From NCBI GenBank assembly GCA_036390995.1, contig DASWAT010000111.1, positions 378 to 64,377 of the forward strand: DNA of 64,000 bases, in the 5' to 3' direction. Both the position numbers and the translations under genes were made by a program. The DNA comes from Actinomycetota bacterium (GTDB lineage Bacteria > Actinomycetota > UBA4738 > HRBIN12). This document shows, one piece after another, positions 37,699 to 47,729 of this stretch. The notes beneath the pieces were generated by a model. The model did not search any database. It saw only the letters and a list, made by a program, of their open reading frames with translations, and was not told the DNA's origin. Position 1 is the first letter of the stretch, and every line of letters starts with the position of its first letter.

Positions 37699-38820
37699 CT
37701 AGGGTCTCAGGGGGAGCGGCTTGGCGAAGTCGAGGTAGATCACGGCCACGAAGAGGAGCATGAAGAACGCGGCGACGACGGCCGAGATGGGGATGAGCTT
37801 GCGCACGTCGATCTTCTTGCCCCGTACCTTCTCGATGGCCAGGACGGCGATGTGGCCCCCGTCGAAGGGCGGGACGGGGAGCAGGTTCAGCAAGCCGATG
37901 AACACGTTCACGAACCCGAAGATCCACAGGATGTCCCAGAACCGCTGCCCCGAGGCGACGTCGCCGGTCAACTGGGACAGCCCCACGGGGCCGGAGACAT
38001 CGGTCGGCTGGCGCTGGGCGTTCGTGAACAGCAGGTCGGCGATCCGGCCGAGCCCCTGGGGCCCGAAGAGTCGCCCGAGGCTCTTCACGGAGTCGGTCAC
38101 CGACGTGCCCACCAAGCGGACGCCGCCCGTGAACCCGCCGACCACGCCCGGCGTCTCGCGGGCCTGGGCCAGGAGGACGCCGATCCGTCCGACCTTCCTC
38201 CCATCCACGGTGGAGAGCACCGGCGTGAGGCTCACCTCGAACACACGACCGCCGCGCTCGATCCGAAGCGGCACCGGCTCGCCGACGTGACGCCGCGTGT
38301 AACGCACGAGCTGAAGATCGGTGGGATCCGAGATCCCGTCGACACCGACGATCCGGTCGCCGGGACGGAGCCCGGCGACGGCCGCCGGGGACGTCTGCCC
38401 TCCGAGCTTCGGCGCGACGTCCGCAACCAGGGGGCTGCGGACCGTCGGCTGGCCCACGGCCCCGAGCCAGATCGCGAACAGCAGGAAGGCGAGCACGAAG
38501 TGCGTCGCCGGTCCCGCGAAGACCACCAGCGCACGCTGCCAAGCGGGCTTCGCCCCGTAGGTGCGCGGCAGGTCCTCGGGCGCGATCTGCTCGAATGGAT
38601 TCATCCCCGCGATGCGCACGTAGCCGCCGGCGGGGATCCACTTGAACCCGTACTCGGTCTCCCCCCGGCGCGTCGACCAGATGCGCGGGCCGAACCCCAC
38701 GAAGAACTCGTCGACCTTGAACCCGAACCGCTTGGCCACGCCGAAGTGGGCGGCCTCGTGCACGATCACCACGAGGATCAGCGAGACGAAGAACACGATC
38801 TCGCCGACGGTGCCGGCCAT
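37699..38820 (-). CDS. rseP: site-2 protease RseP/Rip1 (M50 zinc metalloprotease with PDZ)
   Basis: HEAAH zinc motif lies in TM1, a PDZ segment (GLRPGDRIVGVDG) follows, and the LDGG motif (PPFDGGHI) is present. It is adjacent to dxr and ispG, as in mycobacteria. Confidence 0.85.
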   Translation of the reverse strand: MAGTVGEIVFFVSLILVVIVHEAAHFGVAKRFGFKVDEFFVGFGPRIWSTRRGETEYGFKWIPAGGYVRIAGMNPFEQIAPEDLPRTYGAKPAWQRALVVFAGPATHFVLAFLLFAIWLGAVGQPTVRSPLVADVAPKLGGQTSPAAVAGLRPGDRIVGVDGISDPTDLQLVRYTRRHVGEPVPLRIERGGRVFEVSLTPVLSTVDGRKVGRIGVLLAQARETPGVVGGFTGGVRLVGTSVTDSVKSLGRLFGPQGLGRIADLLFTNAQRQPTDVSGPVGLSQLTGDVASGQRFWDILWIFGFVNVFIGLLNLLPVPPFDGGHIAVLAIEKVRGKKIDVRKLIPISAVVAAFFMLLFVAVIYLDFAKPLPLRP

Positions 38821-38833
38821 CAGCCCCTCGCGA

Positions 38834-39994
38834 TCATCGGGCCTCGATGATCTCGGCCGCCCGGCGACGGGCCCACGAGTCCGCCCGCTCCAGGTTCACC
38901 ACCGAGACCACCGACGAGGGCGCCTCGTGCTCGTCGACCACGGCCTGGACCACCTCGACGATGCGCGTGAGGGGGATCTTGCCCTCGAGGAACGCCATGA
39001 CCGCGACCTCGTTGGCCGCGCTCATGACGGCGGGGAAGGTGAGAGCCAGCTCGCCCACGCGGTAGGCCAGGTCGATCGCGGGGAACGCCTCGCGGTCGAC
39101 GGGTTCGAACGTGAGCTTCTTGTCGGCCAGCGGCACCGGCTCGATGCCGGTGGCCAGACGCTCCGGCCACGCCAGCGCGAGCTGGATCGGCAGGCGCATG
39201 TCCGGCAGCGCGAACTGCGCCAGCATCGTGCCGTCCCGGAACTCGGTAAGCGCGTGCACGATCCCCTCGGGATGCAGCACAACGTGGATCTGCGAGTACT
39301 CGAGGTTGAACAGGTAATGGGCTTCGATCACCTCGAGCCCCTTGTTCATCAACGTGGCCGAGTCGATCGTGATCTTCGGGCCCATCTGCCACACGGGGTG
39401 CGCCAGCGCCTCCTTGACCGAGGCCCGGGCGAGCTCGCTGCGGGTCCAGCCCCGGAAGGGACCGCCCGAGCCCGTGAGGATCACCCGTTTCACGTCTTCC
39501 CGCCGCTCGCCTCGCAGCAGTTGCGCGAGCGCGGCGTGTTCGGAGTCCACAGGGACGAGCCGCTCGGGCTCGCCCTTGATGAGGTCGGTGACCAGCTCGC
39601 CCCCGATGACCAGGCTCTCCTTGTTGGCGAGGGCCAGGACCTTACCGCTCTGCAGAGCTGCCAGTGTGGGCGCCAGACCGGCGGCGCCGACCAGTGCGTT
39701 CACCACCATGTCGGCTTCGACGTCGCGCGCCAGGCGCTCGGCGGCGTCCGGGCCGACCAGGACCTCCACGTTCGGGACGTTCGTGCCGAGCATCTCCCGG
39801 AGGTCCTTGGCGGCCTCCTCGTCGGCCATCGCCACGAACGGCGGGAGGAACTCCCGGATCTGCCCGACGAGGAGCTCGTGGTTCGTGCCTGCCGACAGCC
39901 CGACGACCTTGAACCGATCCGGATTGCGCCGGACCACGTCGAGGGCCTGGGTTCCAACCGACCCCGTCGATCCGAGGATGATGAGCGAGCGCAT
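38834..39994 (-). CDS. dxr: 1-deoxy-D-xylulose 5-phosphate reductoisomerase
   Basis: Begins MRSLIILGSTGSVGTQALDVV, with NADPH-binding and DXR catalytic regions. The ATG is preceded by GGAAGGA. Confidence 0.9.
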   Translation of the reverse strand: MRSLIILGSTGSVGTQALDVVRRNPDRFKVVGLSAGTNHELLVGQIREFLPPFVAMADEEAAKDLREMLGTNVPNVEVLVGPDAAERLARDVEADMVVNALVGAAGLAPTLAALQSGKVLALANKESLVIGGELVTDLIKGEPERLVPVDSEHAALAQLLRGERREDVKRVILTGSGGPFRGWTRSELARASVKEALAHPVWQMGPKITIDSATLMNKGLEVIEAHYLFNLEYSQIHVVLHPEGIVHALTEFRDGTMLAQFALPDMRLPIQLALAWPERLATGIEPVPLADKKLTFEPVDREAFPAIDLAYRVGELALTFPAVMSAANEVAVMAFLEGKIPLTRIVEVVQAVVDEHEAPSSVVSVVNLERADSWARRRAAEIIEAR

Positions 39995-40065
39995 TCCTTC
40001 CAAGATTACCCTGGGACGCCGGGATTCAGCGCAACCCGTGGTCAGGCGTCGCCGTGGCGTTCCCT

Positions 40066-41661
40066 CTACAGGAGGATGAGCCGCATGAACAGGTAGGCGG
40101 CCGGCGCGACGAACAGCACGGAGTCGATCCGGTCGAGCACGCCGCCGTGGCCCGGCAGGATGCTGCCCATGTCCTTCAGGCCGAGGTCCCGCTTCAGCAG
40201 CGACTCCGCCAGGTCCCCCAGCGGCGCGAAGATCGCGACGACGACGGCCAAGCCTGCCGAGCGTCCGAGGGTCTCCAGCACCCCGACGTACGGCGCCACG
40301 GCGCCCACCGAAACGGCGATCACCACCAGCGTGGCGCCCACCGCCCCCTCGATGGACTTCTTCGGGCTTACCGTGGGAGCCAGCGGACGGCTCCCCCACC
40401 AGGAGCCCACGACGAACGCGGCGGTGTCGTACACGAACGTAAGCCCGATCACCGAGAGCGTGACCGCCCGCCCATCGGGAGCCTTCAGCATGGCGAGCGC
40501 GAAGCCGGCCAGGAGCGGGACGTAGGCCACGCCGAGAGCCGTCAACCCGACGTTGACCACGGTGTGCTTGCGGTGTGGCGCGGGCACGGCCATGTACCAG
40601 AGGAACGTGGCGAAGAGCGACAGGACGAGCATCGAGAGCATGGCCGCCTCGCCCCGGAAGTAGCCGGCGGCCAGCACGAGGGCGCCGGATACCAGTCCGA
40701 GCGCCGTGGCCGGCTGATGGTGCTGCTTCTGCAGGGCGCGGTAGAACTCGCCCTGGGCCCACAGGACGATGAGCCCCGCCACGACGGCGAAGGCGCCGGC
40801 CGCGATCGCGATGCTGCCGACGGCAAGGCCCGCCAGGACAAGGCCGGTGAGGAACGCGGCGGGCACGTCGCGTCCCCCGCGGCGGGTCTCGTGCTCGGCC
40901 CCGACCTCCAAGGCGGTGGGCTCCTGCCAGCTCGGCCCTCCGAGGCCCTCCGCCCCCACCCGGACCGTGCGCGCCGGAACGGGCTCCTCCTCCGTCTCGG
41001 CGACGGACTCCTCTTCCCCCGCGAACAGGTCCGGCAACGTCGCCGACGGCGGCTCCTCAGGTCCGACGCCCGAAGGTTCCGCCGTCCCCTCGTCGCGGAC
41101 CGAGGCGGCGAAGTGCTCGGCCGCCGCTTCGACCGCTTCCGGCGACGGCTCCCCCTCGCTCGCGGCGCCCGCCTCCTCGGTGGCTCCCTCGTCCAGCTCT
41201 GCCTCAGGGCCCTCCTCCAGGTCGGCGCCCGGAAGATCCACGTACGCGTCGGGGGGCCGGGTGAAGCTCTCCACCGAGATCACCGCCTCCCCCTCCAGCT
41301 CGGCCGGCTGCGCCGGCTCCTCTCCAACGTGCGAAGTCCCCAAGACCGACGAGGCCTCGTCCGTCTCGCCCGCCTCTGCCCAGGGCTCCTCCTCGGAGGC
41401 TGCCGGTTCGGCCTGCTCGAACAGTCCCTCCTGCCCGGGACCGGGGCCCACCGAGGGCTCCTCGGCGCCGGGCTCGTCGGTCGCAGGCTCCTCGAGCGCG
41501 GCGGCGTCCTCGGAGCGCGCCGGCGGAGCGGTGGGGGGCTCGGGCCCCGCCCGCTGCTCGCCCCTGCGGGTCGCGGTCTCGGGCCAGTCCACGTCCTGGA
41601 TCGGCGCGAAGAACTTGTCGAGATCCTCGAAGAGGTCGTCCTTCTTGTCGCCCTCGGGCAC
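40066..41661 (-). CDS. cdsA: phosphatidate cytidylyltransferase with an about 260-aa acidic low-complexity N-terminal extension
   Basis: The C-terminal about 270 aa form the CdsA core with 8 TM helices and SxxKRxxGxKDxGxxxPGHGGxxDR (SLLKRDLGLKDMGSILPGHGGVLDRIDS). The upstream in-frame part is rich in E/A/P/G/D, with no stops and no Arg-runaway. The GTG start overlaps the frr TAG. Confidence 0.7.
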   Translation of the reverse strand: MPEGDKKDDLFEDLDKFFAPIQDVDWPETATRRGEQRAGPEPPTAPPARSEDAAALEEPATDEPGAEEPSVGPGPGQEGLFEQAEPAASEEEPWAEAGETDEASSVLGTSHVGEEPAQPAELEGEAVISVESFTRPPDAYVDLPGADLEEGPEAELDEGATEEAGAASEGEPSPEAVEAAAEHFAASVRDEGTAEPSGVGPEEPPSATLPDLFAGEEESVAETEEEPVPARTVRVGAEGLGGPSWQEPTALEVGAEHETRRGGRDVPAAFLTGLVLAGLAVGSIAIAAGAFAVVAGLIVLWAQGEFYRALQKQHHQPATALGLVSGALVLAAGYFRGEAAMLSMLVLSLFATFLWYMAVPAPHRKHTVVNVGLTALGVAYVPLLAGFALAMLKAPDGRAVTLSVIGLTFVYDTAAFVVGSWWGSRPLAPTVSPKKSIEGAVGATLVVIAVSVGAVAPYVGVLETLGRSAGLAVVVAIFAPLGDLAESLLKRDLGLKDMGSILPGHGGVLDRIDSVLFVAPAAYLFMRLILL

Positions 41662-42221
41662 TAGATCTCCTTGAGCTCCTGCTCCTTGTGAGCGATCGTC
41701 TCGTCGATCTCGGACACGTGCTGATCGGTCAGCTTCTGGAGCTCCTTCTCCGAGCGCACGAGGTCATCTTCAGAGATTGCGTGCTCCCGCTCAAGCCTTT
41801 CGAGCTCTTCCTTCGAATGTCGCCGGATGTTCCGAACGGCAACCCGGCCCTCCTCACCGCGCTGGTGGACGAGCTTCACCAGGTCCTTCCGGCGCTCCTC
41901 CGTGAGCTGCGGGAAGGCGAGGCGGATGACGTTCCCGTCGTTCGACGGCGTGATGCCGAGATCGCTCGCCAGGATGGCCTTCTCCATGGCGGAGATGGAG
42001 TTCTTATCGTAGGGCTGGATGAGCAGGGTCCGGGGCTCCGGCACGGAGAACGACGCGAGCTGCTGGATGGGCACCTGGGTACCGTAGTAGTCCACCGTGA
42101 TCCGCGAAAGCAGGCTGGGGGTCGCCCGGCCGGTCCGGATCCCCGCGAGCTCCTCCCTCAAGACCGAGACGGCCTTGCTCATCTTCTCCGAGGCCTCGGC
42201 GAGGGCAGACTCGACGGTCAT
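41661..42221 (-). CDS. frr: ribosome recycling factor
   Basis: Starts [33 protein letters not shown], the RRF N-terminus. I chose the internal Met start, which overlaps the pyrH stop (ATGA). Confidence 0.9.
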   Translation of the reverse strand: MTVESALAEASEKMSKAVSVLREELAGIRTGRATPSLLSRITVDYYGTQVPIQQLASFSVPEPRTLLIQPYDKNSISAMEKAILASDLGITPSNDGNVIRLAFPQLTEERRKDLVKLVHQRGEEGRVAVRNIRRHSKEELERLEREHAISEDDLVRSEKELQKLTDQHVSEIDETIAHKEQELKEI

Positions 42222-42967
42222 CGGGCGCCTCCGTGGACGAGCGTACCGATCGATTCGCCGGACACCGCCCGCCGGATGTTGCCCTCCCTGCCGAAGTCGA
42301 ACACGATGATCGGCAGCTTGTTCTCCATGCACAGCGAGATCGCGGTGGCATCCATCACCTGGTAGCCCTCGCGAAGCACGTCGATGTACTCGATCGATTC
42401 GAAACGCTTGGCGCCGGGATCGACGTGCGGATCGGCGTCGTAGACGCCGTCCACCTTCGTCCCCTTGAGGATCGCCTCTGCGTGGATCTCGAGCGCGCGC
42501 TGCGCGGCCGTGGTGTCTGTGGAGAAGTACGGCGCCCCGATCCCCGCCGCGAAGATCACGATGCGCCCCTTCTCGAGGTGCCGGATCGCGCGCAACGGGA
42601 TGTACGGCTCGGCGATCTGCGCCATGTGGATGGCCGTCTGCAGGCGCGTGGTCACGTGGATCTTCTCCAGGGCGTCCTGCAGGGCAAGCCCGTTCATCAC
42701 GGTCGCGAGCATCCCCATGTAGTCCGCGCGGGCTCGCTCGATGCCCGGCGCCTGCCGCCCCCGGAAGATGTTGCCGCCGCCCACCACGACCGCGGTCTGG
42801 ACGCCCAGATCCACGACCTCGGCGAGCTGGCGGGCGAGGAGGGCGGCGGACTCCACCGAGATTCCGTAGCCGGTGTCGGGGGGAGCGAACGCATCGCCGG
42901 AGAGCTTCAGCAGGATCCGCTGGTACGTCGGCCTGGACGGCAGCGCCTGCGCCTCCGGCTCACCCAT
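42218..42967 (-). CDS. pyrH: UMP kinase
   Basis: [19 protein letters not shown] and the amino-acid-kinase fold are present. Confidence 0.9.
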   Translation of the reverse strand: MGEPEAQALPSRPTYQRILLKLSGDAFAPPDTGYGISVESAALLARQLAEVVDLGVQTAVVVGGGNIFRGRQAPGIERARADYMGMLATVMNGLALQDALEKIHVTTRLQTAIHMAQIAEPYIPLRAIRHLEKGRIVIFAAGIGAPYFSTDTTAAQRALEIHAEAILKGTKVDGVYDADPHVDPGAKRFESIEYIDVLREGYQVMDATAISLCMENKLPIIVFDFGREGNIRRAVSGESIGTLVHGGAR

Positions 42968-42978
42968 GCCCGCCCCTC

Positions 42979-43587
42979 TCAGTCCGATTCCTCGCCAAGC
43001 TTGTACCGGACGAAGCGCCGCACGGCAACCTTCTCACCCACCTTCGCCCCGACCTCGTCGAGCAGCTGCTGGATCGTCTTCGAGTCGTCCCTCACGAAGG
43101 GCTGATCGAGCAGCACGTGCTCCTTGTAGAACGCCTCGAGCTTGCCCTCGACGATCTTAGAGACGACGTTGTCAGGCTTGCCCATCTCCTTGGCCTGCAC
43201 CTCGAAGATGTGGCGCTGATCATCCACGATGTCCGCTGGAACGTCGTCCCGCGACAGCCACCGGGGCGGCGGGGGGCTCGCGACGTGCAGCGCGACGTCC
43301 CTGGCCAGCTGTGTGAAGTCGTCGGTGTTGGCCACGAAGTCCGTCTCGCAGTTCACCTCGACCAGGGACCCCACGGTGTGGTTGAAGTGGATGTAGCTCT
43401 CGACGCGACCCTGGTTCGCGATGCGCGATGCGCGCTTGGCGGCCGACGCGAGCCCCTTCTGCCGCAACAGCTCCACGGCTTTCTCCACGTCGCCGTCCGC
43501 GTCCTGCAGGGCCCGCTTGCAGTCCATCATGCCGGCTCCGGTGAGCTCTCGGAGCTGCTTCACCTGCTCCGCGTTGATATCTGCCAT
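42979..43587 (-). CDS. tsf: elongation factor Ts
   Basis: Starts [27 protein letters not shown], a UBA-like N-terminus. It is the short 202-aa form. Confidence 0.9.
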   Translation of the reverse strand: MADINAEQVKQLRELTGAGMMDCKRALQDADGDVEKAVELLRQKGLASAAKRASRIANQGRVESYIHFNHTVGSLVEVNCETDFVANTDDFTQLARDVALHVASPPPPRWLSRDDVPADIVDDQRHIFEVQAKEMGKPDNVVSKIVEGKLEAFYKEHVLLDQPFVRDDSKTIQQLLDEVGAKVGEKVAVRRFVRYKLGEESD

Positions 43588-43588
43588 T

Positions 43589-44521
43589 TCAGTCGTCCTT
43601 CATCGTCTGAGTCGTGTTCGCAGGCGGTGCGGTGGTCTCGTCGGGCTGGGCCGGCCTCGGGCCCTCGCCGTCGGGTTGGGGGACCGCAGACGCCTCCGCC
43701 GCTGCGGTTCGCGCGTCCTGCGCGGGAGCCGCGGGCTCGGGCTCGACCGGGGTCGGCGGCTCCGCCGCGGCTTCGGGGAGGACGTCGGGCTCGGGCTCGA
43801 TCTCGGGTCCGGAGGCTCTCGTCACCATCTGCTCGCGACCGATCCTGCGACCCTCGGCGATCGCGTCTGCCACCACCCGAGTCACCAGTGCGACCGAGCG
43901 GATCGCGTCGTCATTGCCGGGGATCACGTAGTCGACCTCGTCCGGATCGCAGTTCGTGTCCACGATGGCCACCACGGGCAGGCCGAGCTTCCTTGCCTCG
44001 TTCACCGCGATGTGCTCCTTCTTCGTGTCGATCACGAAGATCGCGTCCGGCAGGCGTTCGAGATCCTGCATGCCGCCCAGGTTGCGCTCGAGCTTCTCCT
44101 TCTCGTGACGGAGCTTCAGGACCTCCTTCTTCGGGAGGAACCCGAAGGCGCCACCGCGCTCCATCTCCCTGAGCTCACGGAGTCGGAGCAGCCGTCGAGA
44201 GACCGTCTGGAAGTTCGTGAGCATGCCGCCGAGCCACCGGGTGGTGACGAAGGGCATGCCGACCCGTGCGGCCTCCTCCTCGATGACCTCCTGGGCCTGC
44301 TTCTTCGTGCCCACGAACAAGACGATGCCGCCGCGGCGCGCGAGGTCCCGGACGTGCTGGTAGGCCTCCTCGATGCCGACGAGGGTCTTCTCGAGGTCGA
44401 TGATGTAGATGCCCGAACGCTCCCCGTACAGGTACCTCCCCATCTTCGGGTTCCAGCGCCTGGTCTGGTGCCCGAAGTGGATACCCGCCTCGAGGAGCTC
44501 CCGCCTGGTGACCACAGGCAC
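43589..44521 (-). CDS. rpsB: 30S ribosomal protein S2 with a Pro/Glu/Ala-rich C-terminal extension
   Basis: Contains [15 protein letters not shown]. The C-terminal about 70 aa are low-complexity ([25 protein letters not shown]...). Confidence 0.9.
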   Translation of the reverse strand: MPVVTRRELLEAGIHFGHQTRRWNPKMGRYLYGERSGIYIIDLEKTLVGIEEAYQHVRDLARRGGIVLFVGTKKQAQEVIEEEAARVGMPFVTTRWLGGMLTNFQTVSRRLLRLRELREMERGGAFGFLPKKEVLKLRHEKEKLERNLGGMQDLERLPDAIFVIDTKKEHIAVNEARKLGLPVVAIVDTNCDPDEVDYVIPGNDDAIRSVALVTRVVADAIAEGRRIGREQMVTRASGPEIEPEPDVLPEAAAEPPTPVEPEPAAPAQDARTAAAEASAVPQPDGEGPRPAQPDETTAPPANTTQTMKDD

Positions 44522-44673
44522 GGTGCTTCCTCCTTCCGGTTGTCTCCTCCGCCCGGATCCGCCCGCCCTCGGCCCGGCGAACCGGGACCCCGAGAGCGAT
44601 CCTCGGGCGTGCGTGCTCGGCGCGAACGCCGGCGAAGAGGCAGTCTACCAGCGGCTTCCCAGAGCGGCGGACC

Positions 44674-45642
44674 TCAGCGGCGGCGGAGCTTCACCGGCTG
44701 CTCCGGCACGTCCGGCTCACCCGCGATCCAGCGATACGTGAACGCCGCCAGGAAGACGACGTGCAGGACGTTCGCGAGCAGCGCGTACACCCAGGTGGCC
44801 AGGGAGGGATTGACCGTGAGATCGCTCGAGCTGGGTGCGAAAGCAACCAGGAGCGGCAGCGACAGGAACACGTACAGCATGGCGAACAGCAGGTTGCGGC
44901 TGCCCGGCATCAGCGACGCCCGGGCCGCTCGGCGCATCGTCTCCTGTAGGCGCCGCTGCTCCCGGATGGCGGCGGGCGGCACATAGACGAAGAAGAACAT
45001 CGCGGCCACCAGGATGGCCACGGAACCGAAGAATCCCAGCCCGGGACCGAGGAACGGCAAGATCACCGTCCCGGCGATCATCAAGCTCATGGCCAGCAGG
45101 TTCACGGCCAAGACCGTGGGGAACGCGCGAAGGCCGCGGAGGGCCCCTCCTCCCGGACCGCCCTCCGCCTCCAGATCCTGCACCACGATCCCGGTCACGA
45201 TGGATACGAACAACGCGCGCACCGCCAGGAACACTGCCCCCCACACGAGACCCGCCACGCCGAAACCGAAGATGGCCACGCCGTTGTAGGTGTCCCAATA
45301 CGTGCCGATCGGAGGGAGCGCCGTGACGTAGACGAGGCGACCCGCGGGCCCCTCCAGGCCCAGAGCCACCATCCCGAGCCAGCCCCCGAGCACGAACAGC
45401 AGCGTGACCAGGAGCAGGACCGGAGACGACCCCACGACGATGAGGCCTCGGCCGAGGCTGCGGGAGATCGATGGCAGCCGGGACTCGCCGGTGCCGCGCG
45501 ACAGCCATCCCAGGAACCCGGGGACCTCGGGGCGTTCCCGCTCGTGCTCCTTCGTCGCCAGCGCTTTCGAGCCGGCGCCGGACGCCGATTTCGACCGGTG
45601 GGAGCCGGCGGAGCTGCGGCCCTTGCGCCGCTTCCTGCTCAC
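44674..45642 (-). CDS. polytopic integral membrane protein, hypothetical
   Basis: 322 aa with a basic N-terminus, then about 7 hydrophobic helices. Its ATG overlaps the upstream PQQ-repeat gene stop (ATGA). Confidence 0.55.
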   Translation of the reverse strand: MSRKRRKGRSSAGSHRSKSASGAGSKALATKEHERERPEVPGFLGWLSRGTGESRLPSISRSLGRGLIVVGSSPVLLLVTLLFVLGGWLGMVALGLEGPAGRLVYVTALPPIGTYWDTYNGVAIFGFGVAGLVWGAVFLAVRALFVSIVTGIVVQDLEAEGGPGGGALRGLRAFPTVLAVNLLAMSLMIAGTVILPFLGPGLGFFGSVAILVAAMFFFVYVPPAAIREQRRLQETMRRAARASLMPGSRNLLFAMLYVFLSLPLLVAFAPSSSDLTVNPSLATWVYALLANVLHVVFLAAFTYRWIAGEPDVPEQPVKLRRR

Positions 45643-46994
45643 GGCGCTTCCCCTTCCTCGTCAGCGTCGAGCCCCTCCCACGCCTCCCACGCCGGCGGGC
45701 CGATCCGGTTCGAGGCCAGGCGGATCGGAACGAGCAGCAGCGCGAGGACGATCACGAACGCGATGGCGTAGTTGCCGAACAGACGACCCGCGTCCAGGCG
45801 GGTGGGCGAGGGGACGTCGAGGAGCGTCGCGCTCGGATCGTGGACGTAGGCGACCAGGCCCGCGTCGTTCCCGCCCTTGGAGGCCACGACGAGGTTCGGG
45901 GTCAGGGCGATCGGACCGATCAGCCCCGGGGAAGGATCGCTCTGCCACACGAGGTTGCCCGAGGTCGTGTCGACCGCCACGAGCCGTCCGTCGTTCAACC
46001 CGACGAGGACCGTCCCGCGGGAGACGACCGGCGCGCTTCGGACCACGAGCTGGTTGAACTGGTAGTCCCAGACCCGGGCACCCGTGGCCGGGTCCAGGCG
46101 GTAGAGCCCTCCGGACACGTCCACCGCGTAGACGCCGTCCGAGGTGACGGCCGGGGCCGTCACCGGCGAGAACAGGGACAGCGCCAATCGGCTCCACCGC
46201 TCCGTGCCGTCCTCAGCGGAGAACGCATGGATCGACCGATCGGCGGCACCGGCCACCACCGTGCCGTCGGCTACGGAGGCAGCCGATCCGGTCGAACCGG
46301 CGACGGACGGCGTGAACTCCCAATCCTTGCGTCCGCTCGCCTCGTCGAGTGCGAGAAGTTGGGCCCGCTGGTTGACGGTGTCACGCCCGGCGACGAAGAC
46401 GCGGCCCCCGGCGACCGCAGGCGGCGCAAGCACGTCGCCGAGCGTCTTCGCGGTCCACGTGATCGATCCGTCGGACACCGAGACCGCATAGACGTTCCCG
46501 TCGTCGTCGGCGACGAACGCGGTGGCGCCGTCCACGGCGATGCCGCTGCGACTGGGAGCCTTCAGCGCGGTCCGCCAAAGCTCGGTCCGATCCTTGAGGC
46601 TGACGGCGACGAGGCCGACGCCGGCATCCTTCGTCCCGTCGGTGAACAACAGGACGGTCCTGCCTCCCACCGATGCCACCGCGGGCATCGCCAGCGGACC
46701 GCCGGTCCTGTCGAGCTTCCAGACCTGCCGACCGGTGGCCAGGTCCACGCCGTACACGGCCGTGGTCCCCACGGTGACGACCGTTCCGCCCTGGACGACC
46801 GGCCCCGAGACGGTGCCCTCGGAGGGCCGGAAGGTCCACGCCTGCCGGTAGGGCGGCAACGGCCCGGAGGCCAACGATCCCTCATGGGCGGCGCCACCTT
46901 GGAACTGCGCCCAACCGGCTGTGGACGACTGGCTCAGCGCGGGCGCGGCGCCGAGCAAGATCATGGCCGACGCGACGAGCGCGGCGTTCGACAT
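45639..46994 (-). CDS. PQQ-like beta-propeller repeat protein, secreted with a C-terminal membrane anchor
   Basis: N-terminal signal-like region, then repeated ...G.V.A.D..TG...W motifs (8-bladed PQQ/BamB-like). A C-terminal TM (YAIAFVIVLALLLVPI) and an acidic tail follow. Confidence 0.65.
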   Translation of the reverse strand: MSNAALVASAMILLGAAPALSQSSTAGWAQFQGGAAHEGSLASGPLPPYRQAWTFRPSEGTVSGPVVQGGTVVTVGTTAVYGVDLATGRQVWKLDRTGGPLAMPAVASVGGRTVLLFTDGTKDAGVGLVAVSLKDRTELWRTALKAPSRSGIAVDGATAFVADDDGNVYAVSVSDGSITWTAKTLGDVLAPPAVAGGRVFVAGRDTVNQRAQLLALDEASGRKDWEFTPSVAGSTGSAASVADGTVVAGAADRSIHAFSAEDGTERWSRLALSLFSPVTAPAVTSDGVYAVDVSGGLYRLDPATGARVWDYQFNQLVVRSAPVVSRGTVLVGLNDGRLVAVDTTSGNLVWQSDPSPGLIGPIALTPNLVVASKGGNDAGLVAYVHDPSATLLDVPSPTRLDAGRLFGNYAIAFVIVLALLLVPIRLASNRIGPPAWEAWEGLDADEEGEAP

Positions 46995-47589
46995 ACGTCG
47001 GATCGGATGACGGAGCAGGCAGGACCTCCCAGGCGCGGCCGGCCCATTGTAGGCGCCCGCCCTCTACGGCGACCTCGGCCACCGGCGGGGAGCCAAGCGG
47101 CGCCAGCGAGACGATGTCCGCGACGCTGGGCGGCAGGAGGAGATCGAAGGGATCCACGTAGACGCCGTCGAGCTTCGCGCCGAAGTGCAGGTGCGCCAGG
47201 GCGGATCCCGGGTGGCCGAGTCCCGACGACGCGACGACGTCACCGGCCGCGACCACGTCGCCCTTGCGCACCATCACGGCCGACAGCCAAGAGTACGTGC
47301 TGGCGAGGCCGCCACCGTGATCGATCGAGACGAACAGCTCGCCCCCGACCGGACCCGCGAACGAGACCACTCCGCCGGCGGTCGCGTGGACCGGTGTCCC
47401 GACCGCGGTGGCGATGTCGATGCCGCGATGGCCCGACCCGTAGGGGGTCTCCGGAGGGTCGAACCCACGGATCACCGGCCCGACCACGGGCCAGGTCCAA
47501 CCGCCCGCCGCGACCGCAGGAGGAACGGGCAAGAGATCGATCGCCGATGCGAGCACGAGCAGCACGAGGAAGAGGAGCCAGGACCGCAT
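46882..47589 (-). CDS. M23 family metallopeptidase (LytM-like), secreted
   Basis: Signal peptide MRSWLLFLVLLVLASA. The M23 motifs are HRGIDIA and HLHFG. The last about 35 aa are Arg-rich and overlap the PQQ gene start by 113 nt, so the C-terminal end is uncertain. Confidence 0.65.
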   Translation of the reverse strand: MRSWLLFLVLLVLASAIDLLPVPPAVAAGGWTWPVVGPVIRGFDPPETPYGSGHRGIDIATAVGTPVHATAGGVVSFAGPVGGELFVSIDHGGGLASTYSWLSAVMVRKGDVVAAGDVVASSGLGHPGSALAHLHFGAKLDGVYVDPFDLLLPPSVADIVSLAPLGSPPVAEVAVEGGRLQWAGRAWEVLPAPSSDPTYVERRARRVGHDLARRRARAEPVVHSRLGAVPRWRRP

Positions 47590-47729
47590 GAGCCGCGGCA
47601 CGTCGACCTCCCGGGAGACGGAATCCAACCGAAGGCAGAGGCTACGCGCGGCCGGGTTCCGGCGCAGTGAACGAGATCACATCGGCTGCGCCCGGGCCCG
47701 GGCGATGTCCCGTCGGGGCCTCCGGAGGT

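Noticed and set aside
47590-47729. A perfect 10-nt palindrome cctccggagg in the M23-sigma factor intergenic region, considered as a terminator
   Set aside because: A palindrome with no loop nucleotides cannot form a stable hairpin, and there is no U-tract. It is more likely a protein-binding site or chance, so I did not annotate it.
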